Counted from the first letter of the stretch, positions 19,595 to 30,646 are shown. The stretch: DNA of 64,000 bases from an uncultured Thermococci archaeon (GCA_964595645.1 CAZQQT010000003.1:96001-160000), one strand, 5' to 3'. Notes: generated from the sequence alone by a model not told the origin. Numbers and translations are program-made.

Positions 19595-21109
19595 CTATGT
19601 GTATTTTTTCTCTATAAGCTTATCGAAGAGCTCTTCGATTTTTTCCTCGTTTCCCCCAGTGAGTTTTGAAATAGCCTTACTTGTTTCGGCAGCATATCGT
19701 TCTAAAGATTTTTTCCGCTTCTTTTGACGATGAGCTTTTCTTTTTGAGCTTAAAAATCTTTTTAGACTCCTACATGCTTCCATTATTCCATAACGCAGTT
19801 CGTTATAGATCTCTTCCTCTGCAGCTATCGCCTGTTTGCCAGCAGAGGTATACGGTATATGAGTAGACGTGACATTTATAAATACCGTGAGGGGCGTCCT
19901 CTCTACATCTACTCCATATCTTCTCCAATCTATACTTTTTACAGCTTCATTTATTACTCCACCACCTCGATCGAACATCAACGGGCTTCTATTGGCATAT
20001 CGTATTACCTCTACCCCTTGATCATTCCTTCCTCCAAGAGCAAGTCCGACTTCAACGATAAATGGAAAGCCGCCTCTGTACGTTTCTGGAGATCGGGTGA
20101 TAGCAATGGAGAATTCCGGATCTATTAAGGAGAGTCCCTTTTCTATGTTCTCTTCGCCTATTGGGATTAATCCATCGCTGGAAGGCGCCATAAAATCTAT
20201 TTTTTTGAACGCGTTTACGACGTTTTCTACATCTTCCCAGGTCAGATTTTTTATCCGTTTGTCCATCGAAACTCCGCTCACTTCTTCTATTTCCTCTGTT
20301 CTGTTTCGTGAAACTCTGGCGAGTTCTGTCCTTAAAAAGCTCCCTAATTTTATCGATTTAGAATTTTTTGCCATCAACAGAAGATCATTCGTTGAAACTC
20401 CTTTTGGATGAAGTTTCATGATTTTGGGGGACTCAGGCATTTCCTTCGATGTACGAGGATATATAATTTTTCTTCCGTCGGGTTCTATAAACTCTATTCG
20501 CGCATGTGGATTTGCAATCGATGACATTTTTAGATATCTTTGTGGCGAATATCGTGATCTGTTATATTTCACATTTTTAGCTTCTATTATGATTTTTGTT
20601 CCTCTCCAACGGTCATTGTTCTCTATCTTTCTCTTGTTTATTATTGTTCCTCTATTTTTCTGGATATCAACGTTCATATCCACTTCCCACATTTCATTCC
20701 CCGTGGAAGAAATAACCGTTGCAGGCTCACCCGTGGTGACTTGTGAGTACATGACGGCACCAGAGACACCGATACCTTGCTGCCCTCGAGACTGCAGGTT
20801 CCTATGAGCCTTACTCCCTGCCAACATCTTTCCAAATACGTCAGGGATAAACTTTAATGGGATCCCCGTGGCGTTGTCTTCCACACTTATTTTGTAATGA
20901 TCTTCTCCCCTCTCATCTATTTCCACTCGTATTTCCGGAAGAATTCCTGCCTCTTCGCATGCATCCAGTGCATTTGTCACCATTTCATGGACTAATACAG
21001 TCATAGAACGTAATTTACCTGTATAACCAAGCATATCAGCGTTCTTTTTAAAAAATTCGGATACACTCAACGTTCTAAACTCTTTAAAGAGATCGTCAGC
21101 AGTCTTCAT
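19595..21109 (-). CDS. top6B: DNA topoisomerase VI subunit B
   Basis: GHKL motifs [23 protein letters not shown]; RYANRSPL. Confidence 0.95.
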   Translation of the reverse strand: MKTADDLFKEFRTLSVSEFFKKNADMLGYTGKLRSMTVLVHEMVTNALDACEEAGILPEIRVEIDERGEDHYKISVEDNATGIPLKFIPDVFGKMLAGSKAHRNLQSRGQQGIGVSGAVMYSQVTTGEPATVISSTGNEMWEVDMNVDIQKNRGTIINKRKIENNDRWRGTKIIIEAKNVKYNRSRYSPQRYLKMSSIANPHARIEFIEPDGRKIIYPRTSKEMPESPKIMKLHPKGVSTNDLLLMAKNSKSIKLGSFLRTELARVSRNRTEEIEEVSGVSMDKRIKNLTWEDVENVVNAFKKIDFMAPSSDGLIPIGEENIEKGLSLIDPEFSIAITRSPETYRGGFPFIVEVGLALGGRNDQGVEVIRYANRSPLMFDRGGGVINEAVKSIDWRRYGVDVERTPLTVFINVTSTHIPYTSAGKQAIAAEEEIYNELRYGIMEACRSLKRFLSSKRKAHRQKKRKKSLERYAAETSKAISKLTGGNEEKIEELFDKLIEKKYT

Positions 21110-21657
21110 TTTTCATCCTTCCACAATTTAACTTTTTTGGCCTTTTTCTTTCTTTTTGCCTTTTCTAGATACTTGTAGGCTACTGAATGTGGTTTTCCGT
21201 CTAGTATCATCTCTGCAGCCTTTTTTGCATCGTATACATCCTCAAATTCACCGATAAATGAGATTGTTTTACCATAAATAGAGACATAAGCCCCTGTCAT
21301 TTCTTCTATATGTTCTCTCGTTTTCCCATTTTTACCAATTACTCTACCTTTGATTCGCATCAACTGTTTTTTTGTGTTCGCATATTTCTTTAGATCCACA
21401 GTTTCAAATATTATTCCATTTTTAAATAGGTAAAAAGCTCTCCTTGGAGAAAAACCTCTTGCAATAGCTTTGACAACATCTTTAGCTTTCCATACAGCTA
21501 GAGGATCACCTACGGCCTTTTCAGTTATCCTCACCGTGCCGTCTTCTACTACTACTTCTACATTGAGCCTTTCCTCTATTTCTTCTTTTGTTCTTCCATT
21601 TTTTCCGATTATCGTTCCGATTCTTTTTTTCGGAACCTTTATGTATTCCTCTGCCAT
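21106..21657 (-). CDS. KH-domain RNA-processing protein (Dim2/Pno1)
   Basis: Two IGKNG KH motifs and AIARGF; lies between rio1 and top6B. Confidence 0.9.
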   Translation of the reverse strand: MAEEYIKVPKKRIGTIIGKNGRTKEEIEERLNVEVVVEDGTVRITEKAVGDPLAVWKAKDVVKAIARGFSPRRAFYLFKNGIIFETVDLKKYANTKKQLMRIKGRVIGKNGKTREHIEEMTGAYVSIYGKTISFIGEFEDVYDAKKAAEMILDGKPHSVAYKYLEKAKRKKKAKKVKLWKDEK

Positions 21658-22403
21658 TATACCACCTTTTTATAGATTTCTTCAAATTTAGGGGTCACAA
21701 TGAAATTAGAAAAATATCGCAGCATGTTTTCAATGTCTCTTTCTAAAAAGGACAGTGCACGGGAATCCTCCAGAACGGTCCCTTGGGAAAAATCGATAAA
21801 GTACATCTTTTCATTGGTGAGGATGTTATACTCACTAAGATCACTATGAACAATTCCAACATCATACATTGTCTGTATGTTCCTTATTATCTCTTCAAAG
21901 TCCTCCTCAGGATTTCTTGGACCCACATCTTTCATTCTTGGGTACGGGATACCATTTTTTCCTATAAAGTCCATTACGAGCACATTGTTTTTTACAATAA
22001 TCGGTTCAGGAACATTAATTTCTCCATAGACCTTTTTAAGATTTTTAAATTCCCGTTTTGCCCACGCATACGTCAATTTTTTTCGATTATGTTGTATCCC
22101 TTTAAAACGTGGATCTGAAGATATATACTTCCGTATATCCCTGAAAGAAGACGTTGCCGTCCTAAAAATTTTTATTGCGACCCCTTTCTTTTTATGTAGA
22201 CCATAAAACACGTTGGCTTCCTTTCCTGTGGACACAATACCCTCCACAGAGTCTAAGTAGCCTCTATTCTGAAGTTTATATAGGGTCATGAGGGTAGAGT
22301 GATCAAAGACCCCTGACCGAATCCTAAACATCTCAGAATCCTTTTCACGTCTCTTTTCCTTTATATTCTCCCTGTACCCCAACAAGACCACCGTTAAAGC
22401 CAT
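21657..22403 (-). CDS. rio1: RIO1 family Ser/Thr kinase
   Basis: STGKEANV, HSDLSEYN and IDFSQ motifs. Confidence 0.93.
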   Translation of the reverse strand: MALTVVLLGYRENIKEKRREKDSEMFRIRSGVFDHSTLMTLYKLQNRGYLDSVEGIVSTGKEANVFYGLHKKKGVAIKIFRTATSSFRDIRKYISSDPRFKGIQHNRKKLTYAWAKREFKNLKKVYGEINVPEPIIVKNNVLVMDFIGKNGIPYPRMKDVGPRNPEEDFEEIIRNIQTMYDVGIVHSDLSEYNILTNEKMYFIDFSQGTVLEDSRALSFLERDIENMLRYFSNFIVTPKFEEIYKKVV

Positions 22404-22693
22404 TCTTTATCGAGATAACCTTTATTCACAAGCCATTTCGCTTGGGATCTCTTATATCTCCAGATAATGTCGCCTCGCTCATCTCTACTAAGTTCCCATG
22501 GTTCAACCAGCACGATATTCCCAACTTTTATCCAGAGTCTTCGTCTAAATTTGCCAGGTATCCTACAGAGCCGTGTTTTGCCGTCTGTACATTTTACCTT
22601 CATCTTTCCATATCCCATCATCTGTTCTACTTTACCTATTACCTGACCGCTTTTGGGTATCCGTGCTCTTGTTATCTCTTCTTCTTCAGACAC
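22394..22693 (-). CDS. eif1a: Translation initiation factor aIF-1A
   Basis: CTDGKTRLCRIPGK, WI, PWE and GDIIWRY motifs. Confidence 0.93.
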   Translation of the reverse strand: MSEEEEITRARIPKSGQVIGKVEQMMGYGKMKVKCTDGKTRLCRIPGKFRRRLWIKVGNIVLVEPWELSRDERGDIIWRYKRSQAKWLVNKGYLDKEWL

Positions 22694-22750
22694 TGTGTAA
22701 CCTCCTTAATTTTTACTCTTTATAGAGATATAAAAAGCTTATTGTCAAAA

Positions 22751-22894
22751 TTAAATCTTTCTCTCCTTTGACTTAGGCCTAAGTCCCTTATACCCACATT
22801 TTCTACATTTTTTCGCGTCTCGTGGATTTCTTGCATTACACTTCATACAGATTTTCACATCAAATAATCGTTTTTCTGCAATTTCAGATCTCAT
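22751..22894 (-). CDS. rpl40e: 50S ribosomal protein L40e (not in ORF track)
   Basis: Manual translation [47 protein letters not shown]. Confidence 0.93.
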   Translation of the reverse strand: MRSEIAEKRLFDVKICMKCNARNPRDAKKCRKCGYKGLRPKSKERKI

Positions 22895-23372
22895 CTATAT
22901 CACCCATAAACTCTTTTTGGATAGCTACTATCTCTCTACTGTTTTTTGCCTTCGCGTACTCTTCAAGCATCTTATGATTTAGATCAATAAAAACTCTACC
23001 CCAACCAAACTTACTGAGGATATTTAAAGCTTTCTCCTTTTTACCCAGTATGTAGAGTGCCCCTGCCAAGGCTTCCACTGTGGATAGTTTTGTAGGTTTT
23101 CCATAATTTACAGGGTTTGCAGGGACGAGGTAGGGCAATGATCGTGAATTCTTTTCGTACTTTAAAAAGATATCCTGAGATTGGTTCCATGAACAGTCCA
23201 GTGCGAGGATGTCTCCCGTATCTTCTGGTGAAAACGCTTTCTCACTGAGCGGATTTAAAATTGTACAGTTGGGTATCTTTTTTACTGGTGTGGCCAGTCC
23301 GAATCGGATGAGTTTTAATCCTGTACATTTCTTTGGATCACACTGACCTGTATGATAAATAAATAGGTTCAT
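22884..23372 (-). CDS. tsr3: rRNA aminocarboxypropyltransferase Tsr3
   Basis: [14 protein letters not shown] and [23 protein letters not shown] motifs. Confidence 0.92.
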   Translation of the reverse strand: MNLFIYHTGQCDPKKCTGLKLIRFGLATPVKKIPNCTILNPLSEKAFSPEDTGDILALDCSWNQSQDIFLKYEKNSRSLPYLVPANPVNYGKPTKLSTVEALAGALYILGKKEKALNILSKFGWGRVFIDLNHKMLEEYAKAKNSREIVAIQKEFMGDIDEI

Positions 23373-23947
23373 GTTACCACCAGATATGTTGTTGCAAGAA
23401 GGGTAGATCCCATCAAAAAGTATCCTTCTCTCCTCTTCTCGTAACAGATCTCTAGAACCGATCCCATTAAAAGTCCACCGAGGTGTACTGCGTGCGCGAT
23501 CTCTCCCACGAGATCAACATAGATCAGAAATACCGTGAATATTACATAACCCAGTGCGATGAGCAGAAAGTAATTTTTGTACTCTCCTTTGTAGATCACA
23601 AGACTCGCGCCGAGGATCCCGAATACGAAGCCTGAGAGACCTACACAGGGTGTGGAAGAGGAAGGGTAGATCAGTACATACACAACACCTGCAAATATCG
23701 TTGTGACGAAGAACAAAATGAGAAATTTCTTCGCTCCTATCCGTTCCTCGAGATAGTATCCAAAGGAGAGGAGCGCGATGAGATTGAAAGAGAGATGGGT
23801 GGAGGAAGAGTGGAAAAAGGCGTAAGTGATGAAATTCTCATAATGTAAATCTGTTGATGTCACTCCTCTAAGATCTCCTGTTTTCATTTGATAGAGAAAA
23901 ACTAAAACCGTGGTGAAGAAAAGCATAAGTGTGATCTTTCCTTTCAT
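23369..23947 (-). CDS. Rhomboid intramembrane serine protease
   Basis: FFH...HLSFN, GLSG and AVHLGG motifs. Confidence 0.85.
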   Translation of the reverse strand: MKGKITLMLFFTTVLVFLYQMKTGDLRGVTSTDLHYENFITYAFFHSSSTHLSFNLIALLSFGYYLEERIGAKKFLILFFVTTIFAGVVYVLIYPSSSTPCVGLSGFVFGILGASLVIYKGEYKNYFLLIALGYVIFTVFLIYVDLVGEIAHAVHLGGLLMGSVLEICYEKRREGYFLMGSTLLATTYLVVT

Positions 23948-25383
23948 TCTTCTCTCCTTAACATTTTATAGGATAAAACTGGTTCTTTGGTGGCTTTCAC
24001 TACATCAAGCCGTTTTACCGCAGTGTTGTGAGGTGCAGAACTCACGATCTCAGGATTTTTGTAACATTCTTTGTATATTGTTTTCATGATATCAATGAAC
24101 TTATCTAACTCTTCCTTTGACTCTGTTTCAGTTGGTTCTATCATCAACGCTTCCTTGACGATCAATGGGAAGTAAATCGTTGGTGCGTGAATCCCAAAAT
24201 CAAGAATTCTCTTGGCAATATCCAGAGCACTAATTCCAGTGTCCTCTTTTATTTTCTTACACGAGAGTACAAGTTCATGTTTCCGCAGTTCATTACATGG
24301 GAGTTCGTAGAACTCCTTCAGATTCTGTGCAAGATAGTTGGCATTCAGTACGGCTCTTTCAGAGACTCTCTGCAGTGAATTGCCCATGGTGAGAATATAA
24401 GCGTATGCTTTGACCATCACACCAAAATTGCCGTAAAATCCCTTTATCTTCCCAATAGAGTGTTCAAGATCATAATCCAGGGAGTACGTGTCTCCATTAT
24501 ACGTGACGATGGGGTACGGGAGGTACTCCTTCAAAAACTCCTTCACGCCCACTGGTCCCGCACCGGGTCCTCCACCCCCATGAGGGGTAGAGAATGTTTT
24601 GTGGAGGTTGAAATGGACGATATCGAATCCCATCTCTCCCGGTTTTGTGATACCCATGAGTGCGTTGAGGTTTGCACCATCGTAATACAGCAGTCCGTCA
24701 GCATCATGAACAATCTCTGCAATCGCTTCAATGTTTTCCTCAAAGATGCCCAAAGTATTTGGATTTGTGAGCATTAATCCTGCGGTATTGTCGTTCACTG
24801 CTTCCTGAAGGGCATCCAGATCTACACAGCCCTTCTCATCGGAAGGGATTTCCACTACCCGCATTCCGGCCATGGCAGAGGAGGCTGGATTTGTGCCATG
24901 AGCCGAGTCTGGAACGATAATTTCATTTCTATCGATTTTTTTTGTTTTTAAATACTTTTTAATAATCTTTATTCCTGTGTATTCGCCGTGGGCACCTGCT
25001 GCAGGCTGGAGTGTGATAGCATCAACACCGCCTATCTCACACAGTGCCTCACCGAGTTTATACATTATCTCGAGAGCACCCTGGACTGTGGAGGGATCTT
25101 GGTATGGATGAATATCAGTGACCGTTCCCCATGATGCAATTTCTTCGTGCAGCTTCGGATTGTATTTCATCGTGCAGCTTCCAAGAGGGTAGAACCCTGT
25201 GTCTACACAGTAGTTCTCTTGAGAGAGTTTGAGGAAATGCCTGGCAATATCTATCTCACTCACTTCAGGTAGATTCAACTCCTTTCTTTTTAAGGTGTCA
25301 GGAAGTGATACCTCTCCATCCTCGATAGGTGGAGGGAGTGAGTACGCCTTTCTTCCTTTCTTCGATCGTTCAAAAATAAGCAT
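23944..25383 (-). CDS. gcvPB: Glycine dehydrogenase subunit 2
   Basis: PLGSCTMKYNP, QPAAGAHGE and NLHKTFSTPHGGGGPG motifs. Confidence 0.95.
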   Translation of the reverse strand: MLIFERSKKGRKAYSLPPPIEDGEVSLPDTLKRKELNLPEVSEIDIARHFLKLSQENYCVDTGFYPLGSCTMKYNPKLHEEIASWGTVTDIHPYQDPSTVQGALEIMYKLGEALCEIGGVDAITLQPAAGAHGEYTGIKIIKKYLKTKKIDRNEIIVPDSAHGTNPASSAMAGMRVVEIPSDEKGCVDLDALQEAVNDNTAGLMLTNPNTLGIFEENIEAIAEIVHDADGLLYYDGANLNALMGITKPGEMGFDIVHFNLHKTFSTPHGGGGPGAGPVGVKEFLKEYLPYPIVTYNGDTYSLDYDLEHSIGKIKGFYGNFGVMVKAYAYILTMGNSLQRVSERAVLNANYLAQNLKEFYELPCNELRKHELVLSCKKIKEDTGISALDIAKRILDFGIHAPTIYFPLIVKEALMIEPTETESKEELDKFIDIMKTIYKECYKNPEIVSSAPHNTAVKRLDVVKATKEPVLSYKMLRREE

Positions 25384-26690
25384 TATATCGCCTCCATTAC
25401 AGTAATAAGCTTATCAATGTCCTCTTTACTGTGTAACTCCGTGACACAGTATAGTGCAGTATTTTCGAGATCATATCCTACGTTTTCCAGGAGTAGGCCT
25501 CCTTGGATATTGTTGTGAAGAAGTTTTTTATCAACAGTTTTCATCTTCTCATGGTGTACGGTGAATTCCTTAAAATGCGGGGCATTGAACAAGGGCGCTG
25601 TGAATCCATCGATTTCGTTAATTCTATCCATTGTGGATCGTGCATTTTTCATACAGATCTCAGCAAGCTCTCTCATCCCCTGTTTTCCCATTACAGAAAG
25701 ATACACTGCAGAAGCCACGGCACAAAGCGCTTCATTTGAGCAGATGTTGCTTGTAGCTTTCTCCCTTCGTATATGCTGTTCTCTTGTTTGTAGAGCCATA
25801 ACGAATCCTTGGTTTCCTTCTTCATCTTCAGTGGCGCCGATGAGTCTCCCCGGCATTTTTCGTATCAGCTTCATCTCATCTTTTACACCAAAAATGCCCA
25901 GTAACGGGCCGCCAAAACTGGGAGAGTATCCCACAGACTCCCCAATAGCTATATCTGCGTACTCTCCTGGTGGAATGACCATGCCCAAAGAAACAGGATC
26001 TGCACCTGCAACTACTAATGTATCGTGATTGTGTGCAATTTCTTTAATTTCTTTTATTTGCTGCTCAAAAAATCCAAGAAAGGTGGGATTTTCAATATAT
26101 ACGCCGCATGCATTCTCTATATTATTCTTTAACTCCACAAGATCGATTCCTTCTTCGTTGTATCCTATTTCTATAATTTCTAAAATTCCTTCAGCATACG
26201 TTTCCAGTACTGCCTTTCTTTCAGGATGGATATTTTTGGAAACAATGAATGTAGGGTTCTTATTGACTCGATAGCACATAAGTGCTGCCTCTCCTAGGGC
26301 AGTGGCCCAGTCGTACATCGATGAGTTGACCACCCCCATACCGAGCAGCTCGCCCATGAGGGACTGATACTCGAAAAGTGCCTGCAGCATTCCCTGCGAT
26401 ACTTCTGGCTGGTATGGAGTGTATGAGGAGTAGAACTCTGTTCTTCCCACAATCTCCTTTACGATCGACGGAATATAGTGGTTGTACACCCCTGCACCAA
26501 GGAAATTGAGCATCACATCATTTTTATCAAGGATATGTTTTATCTCTCGTTTCGTCTCGAACTCGCTTTTTTCGTCCCATAATTGCAGATCACTCCGTAG
26601 GTTCTCTGGTACATCAGAGAAAAGTCTTTCTGTTGTGAGACCTATCTCTTCCAGCATTTTTTGTTCATCGTCTTCGGGGATATATCTCAT
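25383..26690 (-). CDS. gcvPA: Glycine dehydrogenase subunit 1
   Basis: YTPYQPEVSQG, SMYD and REQHIRREKATSNICS motifs; start at ATG 26690 with SD GGTGAT. Confidence 0.95.
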   Translation of the reverse strand: MRYIPEDDEQKMLEEIGLTTERLFSDVPENLRSDLQLWDEKSEFETKREIKHILDKNDVMLNFLGAGVYNHYIPSIVKEIVGRTEFYSSYTPYQPEVSQGMLQALFEYQSLMGELLGMGVVNSSMYDWATALGEAALMCYRVNKNPTFIVSKNIHPERKAVLETYAEGILEIIEIGYNEEGIDLVELKNNIENACGVYIENPTFLGFFEQQIKEIKEIAHNHDTLVVAGADPVSLGMVIPPGEYADIAIGESVGYSPSFGGPLLGIFGVKDEMKLIRKMPGRLIGATEDEEGNQGFVMALQTREQHIRREKATSNICSNEALCAVASAVYLSVMGKQGMRELAEICMKNARSTMDRINEIDGFTAPLFNAPHFKEFTVHHEKMKTVDKKLLHNNIQGGLLLENVGYDLENTALYCVTELHSKEDIDKLITVMEAI

Positions 26691-26903
26691 CGGATCACCT
26701 TTGTACGTATTATATAGGATATTATAAATTTTTTGTGCATTAGATATTCCACTAGAAGTTATCTTCTTATTCAATCACTCTCCCCCTCGTAAATTTTACA
26801 ACAGCTTCTGATAACATTTTATATTCACGCATTTTTAGCTAATATACTATGTTATTATCATTGGATAGTAATCTTTTTAATATTACCTTTCCCATCCACT
26901 CTT

Positions 26904-27761
26904 ATGAAGATAATCGTGCATGGAGGAGCCTGGGCCATACCTGATGACGCAGTGGACGATCATCTGAAGGGTGTGACACAGGCCGTGAAAAATGGATTGA
27001 AGGAAGATACTGCAGTTGATGCTGTAGAAGCAGCAATCAACGTAATGGAAGATGATCCAACCTTTGATGCAGGTTATGGGTCTTTTCTTAATGGTAATGG
27101 GGATATAGAGTTAGATGCAGTGCTTGCAGAGGATCGTAAATTTGGTGCCGTTGCAGGGGTAAGTAGGGTGAAAAATCCCATCTCGCTTACCAAGAAAATC
27201 CTGTTTGATGAAAACGTGAACTTTATTATTGCGAGGGGAGCAGAACAGTACGCAGAAACTCATGGCATCCCTCTCTGCGATCCGAAGGAACTCATTATGG
27301 AACGAGAGAGGAAACGGTGGAAAAAGATCAATGAAGAGGGAAAAAAACCTGAGGATTTTTTCCATGATACCGTTGGTGCAGTCGCCTTTGATGATGGGGG
27401 ACGGCTTGCCGCCGGTACATCTACGGGAGGGACACCGAATAAAGTGCCGGGACGGGTAGGCGACTCCCCGCTGTTCGGTGCCGGTTGTTACGCAGATGGG
27501 AGGATCGCAGCCTCCGCTACAGGCTACGGCGAACAGATCATGCGGGTGCTCCTCACACGGACATTAGCTGAACTTTCCACGCGGATGAATCTTTCTGAAG
27601 CCTGCCGTGAGGCACTAGTTGTATTGAAGGGAATAGGAGGGCACGGCGGTATCATCTCACTGGACAAAGAAGGAAACCTCGGCTATCAATTTAACACGCC
27701 TAGAATGGCATACGCCTTTAATGAAGGCGATGAAATAAAATCATTTATACAGAAACAATGA
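26904..27761 (+). CDS. Isoaspartyl peptidase/L-asparaginase (Ntn hydrolase)
   Basis: HGGA, FDAGYGS, DTVGAV, TSTGG and GRVGDSP motifs. Confidence 0.92.
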   Translation: MKIIVHGGAWAIPDDAVDDHLKGVTQAVKNGLKEDTAVDAVEAAINVMEDDPTFDAGYGSFLNGNGDIELDAVLAEDRKFGAVAGVSRVKNPISLTKKILFDENVNFIIARGAEQYAETHGIPLCDPKELIMERERKRWKKINEEGKKPEDFFHDTVGAVAFDDGGRLAAGTSTGGTPNKVPGRVGDSPLFGAGCYADGRIAASATGYGEQIMRVLLTRTLAELSTRMNLSEACREALVVLKGIGGHGGIISLDKEGNLGYQFNTPRMAYAFNEGDEIKSFIQKQ

Positions 27762-28441
27762 AAATTTATCCCGTTGATAATAGTCCTTCGTTACTCATAG
27801 AGAACGATAAGAAGATCTTGGTAGTTGCTGATCTACATCTAGGTATCGAGTATGAATTGTACAAAAAAGGCGTAAAACTTGGCAATGTTACACGAAAAAT
27901 AAAGAGAGTACTTGAAGAGACAATTGAACGAACAGAAGCAGACGAAGTGATATTTTTAGGTGACTTGAAACATAATATTCCACAAATTTCCTTTCGAGAA
28001 GAGCGAGATGTTCCGCATTTTTTGGAACTACCGATAGAATTTAGGATTGTAAAAGGAAATCACGACGGCAATATCGAACGGTTAACTGAGGAGGATGTGT
28101 ACAAAAAGATTGTAATTAATGATATATTGCTAACTCATGGCCATCTCAAAATACCAGAACGACCTGGATACCTCATCATGGGACACTCTCATCCCGCCGT
28201 GACATTTCGAGATGAAGTGGGCAAGGCCACCAAGGAAAAATGTTTTCTCTTCGGGTCGTTAAAAGATGAGAATACGAAGGTCGTTATCCTTCCCGCCTTC
28301 TCCCCACTTATCACAGGGATATCCATTAACAAGAAACGAATTCCAGGGTATTTCTTTAATAATGAACTTATCGACATGAAGCATTTGGAGGTTTACCTCC
28401 TCGATAATACGTACCTCGGATCGTTTCCTGATCTTCCATAG
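27758..28441 (+). CDS. Calcineurin-like metallophosphoesterase
   Basis: DLHLG, GDLKH, GNHD, HGH and GHSHP motifs. Confidence 0.88.
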   Translation: MKIYPVDNSPSLLIENDKKILVVADLHLGIEYELYKKGVKLGNVTRKIKRVLEETIERTEADEVIFLGDLKHNIPQISFREERDVPHFLELPIEFRIVKGNHDGNIERLTEEDVYKKIVINDILLTHGHLKIPERPGYLIMGHSHPAVTFRDEVGKATKEKCFLFGSLKDENTKVVILPAFSPLITGISINKKRIPGYFFNNELIDMKHLEVYLLDNTYLGSFPDLP

Positions 28442-28475
28442 AAAGATTTTTATTTGCCAGTATTCTCCTTCAAAC

Positions 28476-29183
28476 ATGGTCTTTCTGCCTCTTTCAGATA
28501 ACGTTCCCGGAAAAAAAACACCGTACATAGTATACGGATTGATCGCGACTAATGTTATTGTATTTCTCTATGAAGTGTACCTCCAGGCGCTTCCTTCAAA
28601 TGCATTCGATAGGTTTATTTATACGTACGCGCTTATTCCCAGACAGATCACGCAGTTTGAAGGCATGGGAACACTCGTGTCATCAATGTTTCTCCATGGA
28701 GGATTTATGCATATTTTTGCGAACATGCTGTTTCTCTATATTTTCGGTAACAATGTCGAGGACTCGATGGGCCATGGACGATTTTTGGTGTTCTATCTCC
28801 TCTGTGGATTTGCAGCGTCATTTCTTCAAATCGCCGTGGATCCGGGCTCAACAATACCAAACCTTGGTGCCTCCGGTGCGATTGCAGGCGTACTCGGTGC
28901 TTATATGATTACGTATCCCAAAGCAAAGGTACATACGCTTATATTCCTTGGATTCTTTGTAATGATACGGAGGATATCCGCGTTCTTCTTTTTAGCTGTA
29001 TGGTTTGTGATACAGTTATTTTCTGGTGTTGGATCGATCGTGGCGGTGTCTCAGGGCGGTGTTGCGTACTTCGCACACATTGGTGGATTTGTGGCGGGCG
29101 TGCTTCTCTCCTTCGTGTTCCGAAAGAAAGTGGAGGAGATTCGGGAAGATGAGTGGGACGAGCTGGTGTACGGCTATAGGTGA
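28476..29183 (+). CDS. Rhomboid intramembrane serine protease
   Basis: SMFLHGGFMHIFANM, GASGA and AHIGGF motifs. Confidence 0.92.
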   Translation: MVFLPLSDNVPGKKTPYIVYGLIATNVIVFLYEVYLQALPSNAFDRFIYTYALIPRQITQFEGMGTLVSSMFLHGGFMHIFANMLFLYIFGNNVEDSMGHGRFLVFYLLCGFAASFLQIAVDPGSTIPNLGASGAIAGVLGAYMITYPKAKVHTLIFLGFFVMIRRISAFFFLAVWFVIQLFSGVGSIVAVSQGGVAYFAHIGGFVAGVLLSFVFRKKVEEIREDEWDELVYGYR

Positions 29184-29187
29184 AACA

Positions 29188-30198
29188 ATGAAATATCTCT
29201 TGTTCATTCTTTTCGTGCTGTCCTCCTTTCTTTCCCCATCCTTTCCTGGTGTAGAGGTAGAGGTTACACCGTGGTATCACAATGCCGAAGGCGCATTGAG
29301 TGTCACATTCGATGACTGCGATGAAACTCAGTATCTCGTTGCTGCCCCTATTATTGAAAAATATGACATTCGAGGGACCTTTGGGGTAGTTACCTCCTGG
29401 GTAGGAAAAATGGTAGAAGAACCGAAAGGTGTGCGAATTCAGAAGATGACCTGGAAACAGATACAAGAGCTTAGTGTTACTCACGAGATCGCCTCTCACA
29501 CGTGTACCCATCCTAATCTGGCCATGCTTTGTAAAGAAGCCCTTCTCACCGAGATACAGGACTCAAAAAGACTTATTGAAGAACATACCAGAAAAGAGTG
29601 TATTGCAATGCATTATCCTCTTTCACGTACGAACAATGTTGTGAAGAGAACACTGAGAGATTCAGGGTATCTCTGTGCTCGGTCGTATGAGAACAGGATC
29701 AACACTGATCCAGATCTATATGAAATTTCCTCATACGCCATTTTTAGTGATAATGATCCCTCTCTTGGAGATTTACAGGCAATGATCAGGGAGACAAGGG
29801 GCAAGAATGGATGGATGGTGCTGATGTATCATCATATAAGTAACTATCCGGAAAATTACAGCGTAAACGCCTCTGTTCCTCTCTGTGTTACACCTGAGAC
29901 ATTTGAGTTTCAGATGCAGCTTCTCTCGTCGTCGGATCTTTGGATTGCACCACTAGGAAAAGTAGCAACATACATCCAACAACGGGAGACTTGTACGATT
30001 GATGTGATTCCCTCCTTCGGCTATGTCAAAATCCGTGTAAATACTCCTTTTGATCACCCCCTCACGATTCGGGTACACCATGACTGGAAGGAGGTGAAAG
30101 TGAAAGGAAGTCTCTCCGATAGTGTCTACACCACAGATACTTTCTACCTGGATGTCCAGCCCAATACGGAGATTATCCTCTATCGGGTCTGGCCGTAA
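29188..30198 (+). CDS. Secreted polysaccharide deacetylase (CE4) family protein
   Basis: Signal peptide MKYLLFILF; TFDD, HEIASHTCTH, YP and LMYH motifs; start at ATG 29188. Confidence 0.85.
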   Translation: MKYLLFILFVLSSFLSPSFPGVEVEVTPWYHNAEGALSVTFDDCDETQYLVAAPIIEKYDIRGTFGVVTSWVGKMVEEPKGVRIQKMTWKQIQELSVTHEIASHTCTHPNLAMLCKEALLTEIQDSKRLIEEHTRKECIAMHYPLSRTNNVVKRTLRDSGYLCARSYENRINTDPDLYEISSYAIFSDNDPSLGDLQAMIRETRGKNGWMVLMYHHISNYPENYSVNASVPLCVTPETFEFQMQLLSSSDLWIAPLGKVATYIQQRETCTIDVIPSFGYVKIRVNTPFDHPLTIRVHHDWKEVKVKGSLSDSVYTTDTFYLDVQPNTEIILYRVWP

Positions 30199-30243
30199 CG
30201 ATGCATATAAAAACCTCTCAGGAAAAAAGAATATCATATACAA

Positions 30244-30328
30244 GCGGGGGTTGCCGAGCCTGGCCAAAGGTGCAGGGCTTAGGACCCTGTCTCGTAGGAG
30301 TCCGCGGGTTCAAATCCCGTCCCCCGCA
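30244..30328 (+). tRNA. tRNA-Leu (UAG)
   Basis: GCGGGGGTTGCCGAG...CAGGG-CT-TAG-GA-CCCTG, long variable arm, GGTTCAAATCCC. Confidence 0.95.
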
Positions 30329-30437
30329 CTCAAATCCCTTCGATTCTCCAAAGGACTGATATATGGGCTTGAAAAGAATAGAGTTTTTGCGAGATAGGGC
30401 ACTGTTCATTGGGGTGTCCTGTCTCGTAGATCTATCC

Positions 30438-30646
30438 TTACGCATACAGCACCCCATTTTCCTCATAAAGCCTATATTGCACCTTCAACTCATTAATAAT
30501 ATCATACGTTGTTTCCCACGTGAGATTATACCTTCTTCTTAGGTATGTTGCTAATGTTTTCGTTTCTATTCTCCTTTTTCCAACGACAAGACGGTTAATG
30601 TCATTAAAAATTCTTTTTTTAACATCTGTGCATTTTTTACGTCCAT
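30438..30646 (-). pseudogene. Frameshifted small winged-helix-like protein
   Basis: MDVKNAQMLKKEFLMTLTVLSLEKGE joins IETKTLATYLRRRYNLTWETTYDIINELKVQYRLYEENGVLYA if one base is restored (209 nt span). Confidence 0.55.

Noticed and set aside
26745-26760. TTCCACTAGAAG resembling an ORB element
   Set aside because: Single degenerate copy, with no cdc6/orc1 or repeat array nearby
30330-30340. CAAATCCC repeated after tRNA-Leu as a possible att site
   Set aside because: Only 8 bp and adjacent to the tRNA; no distal copy or integrase
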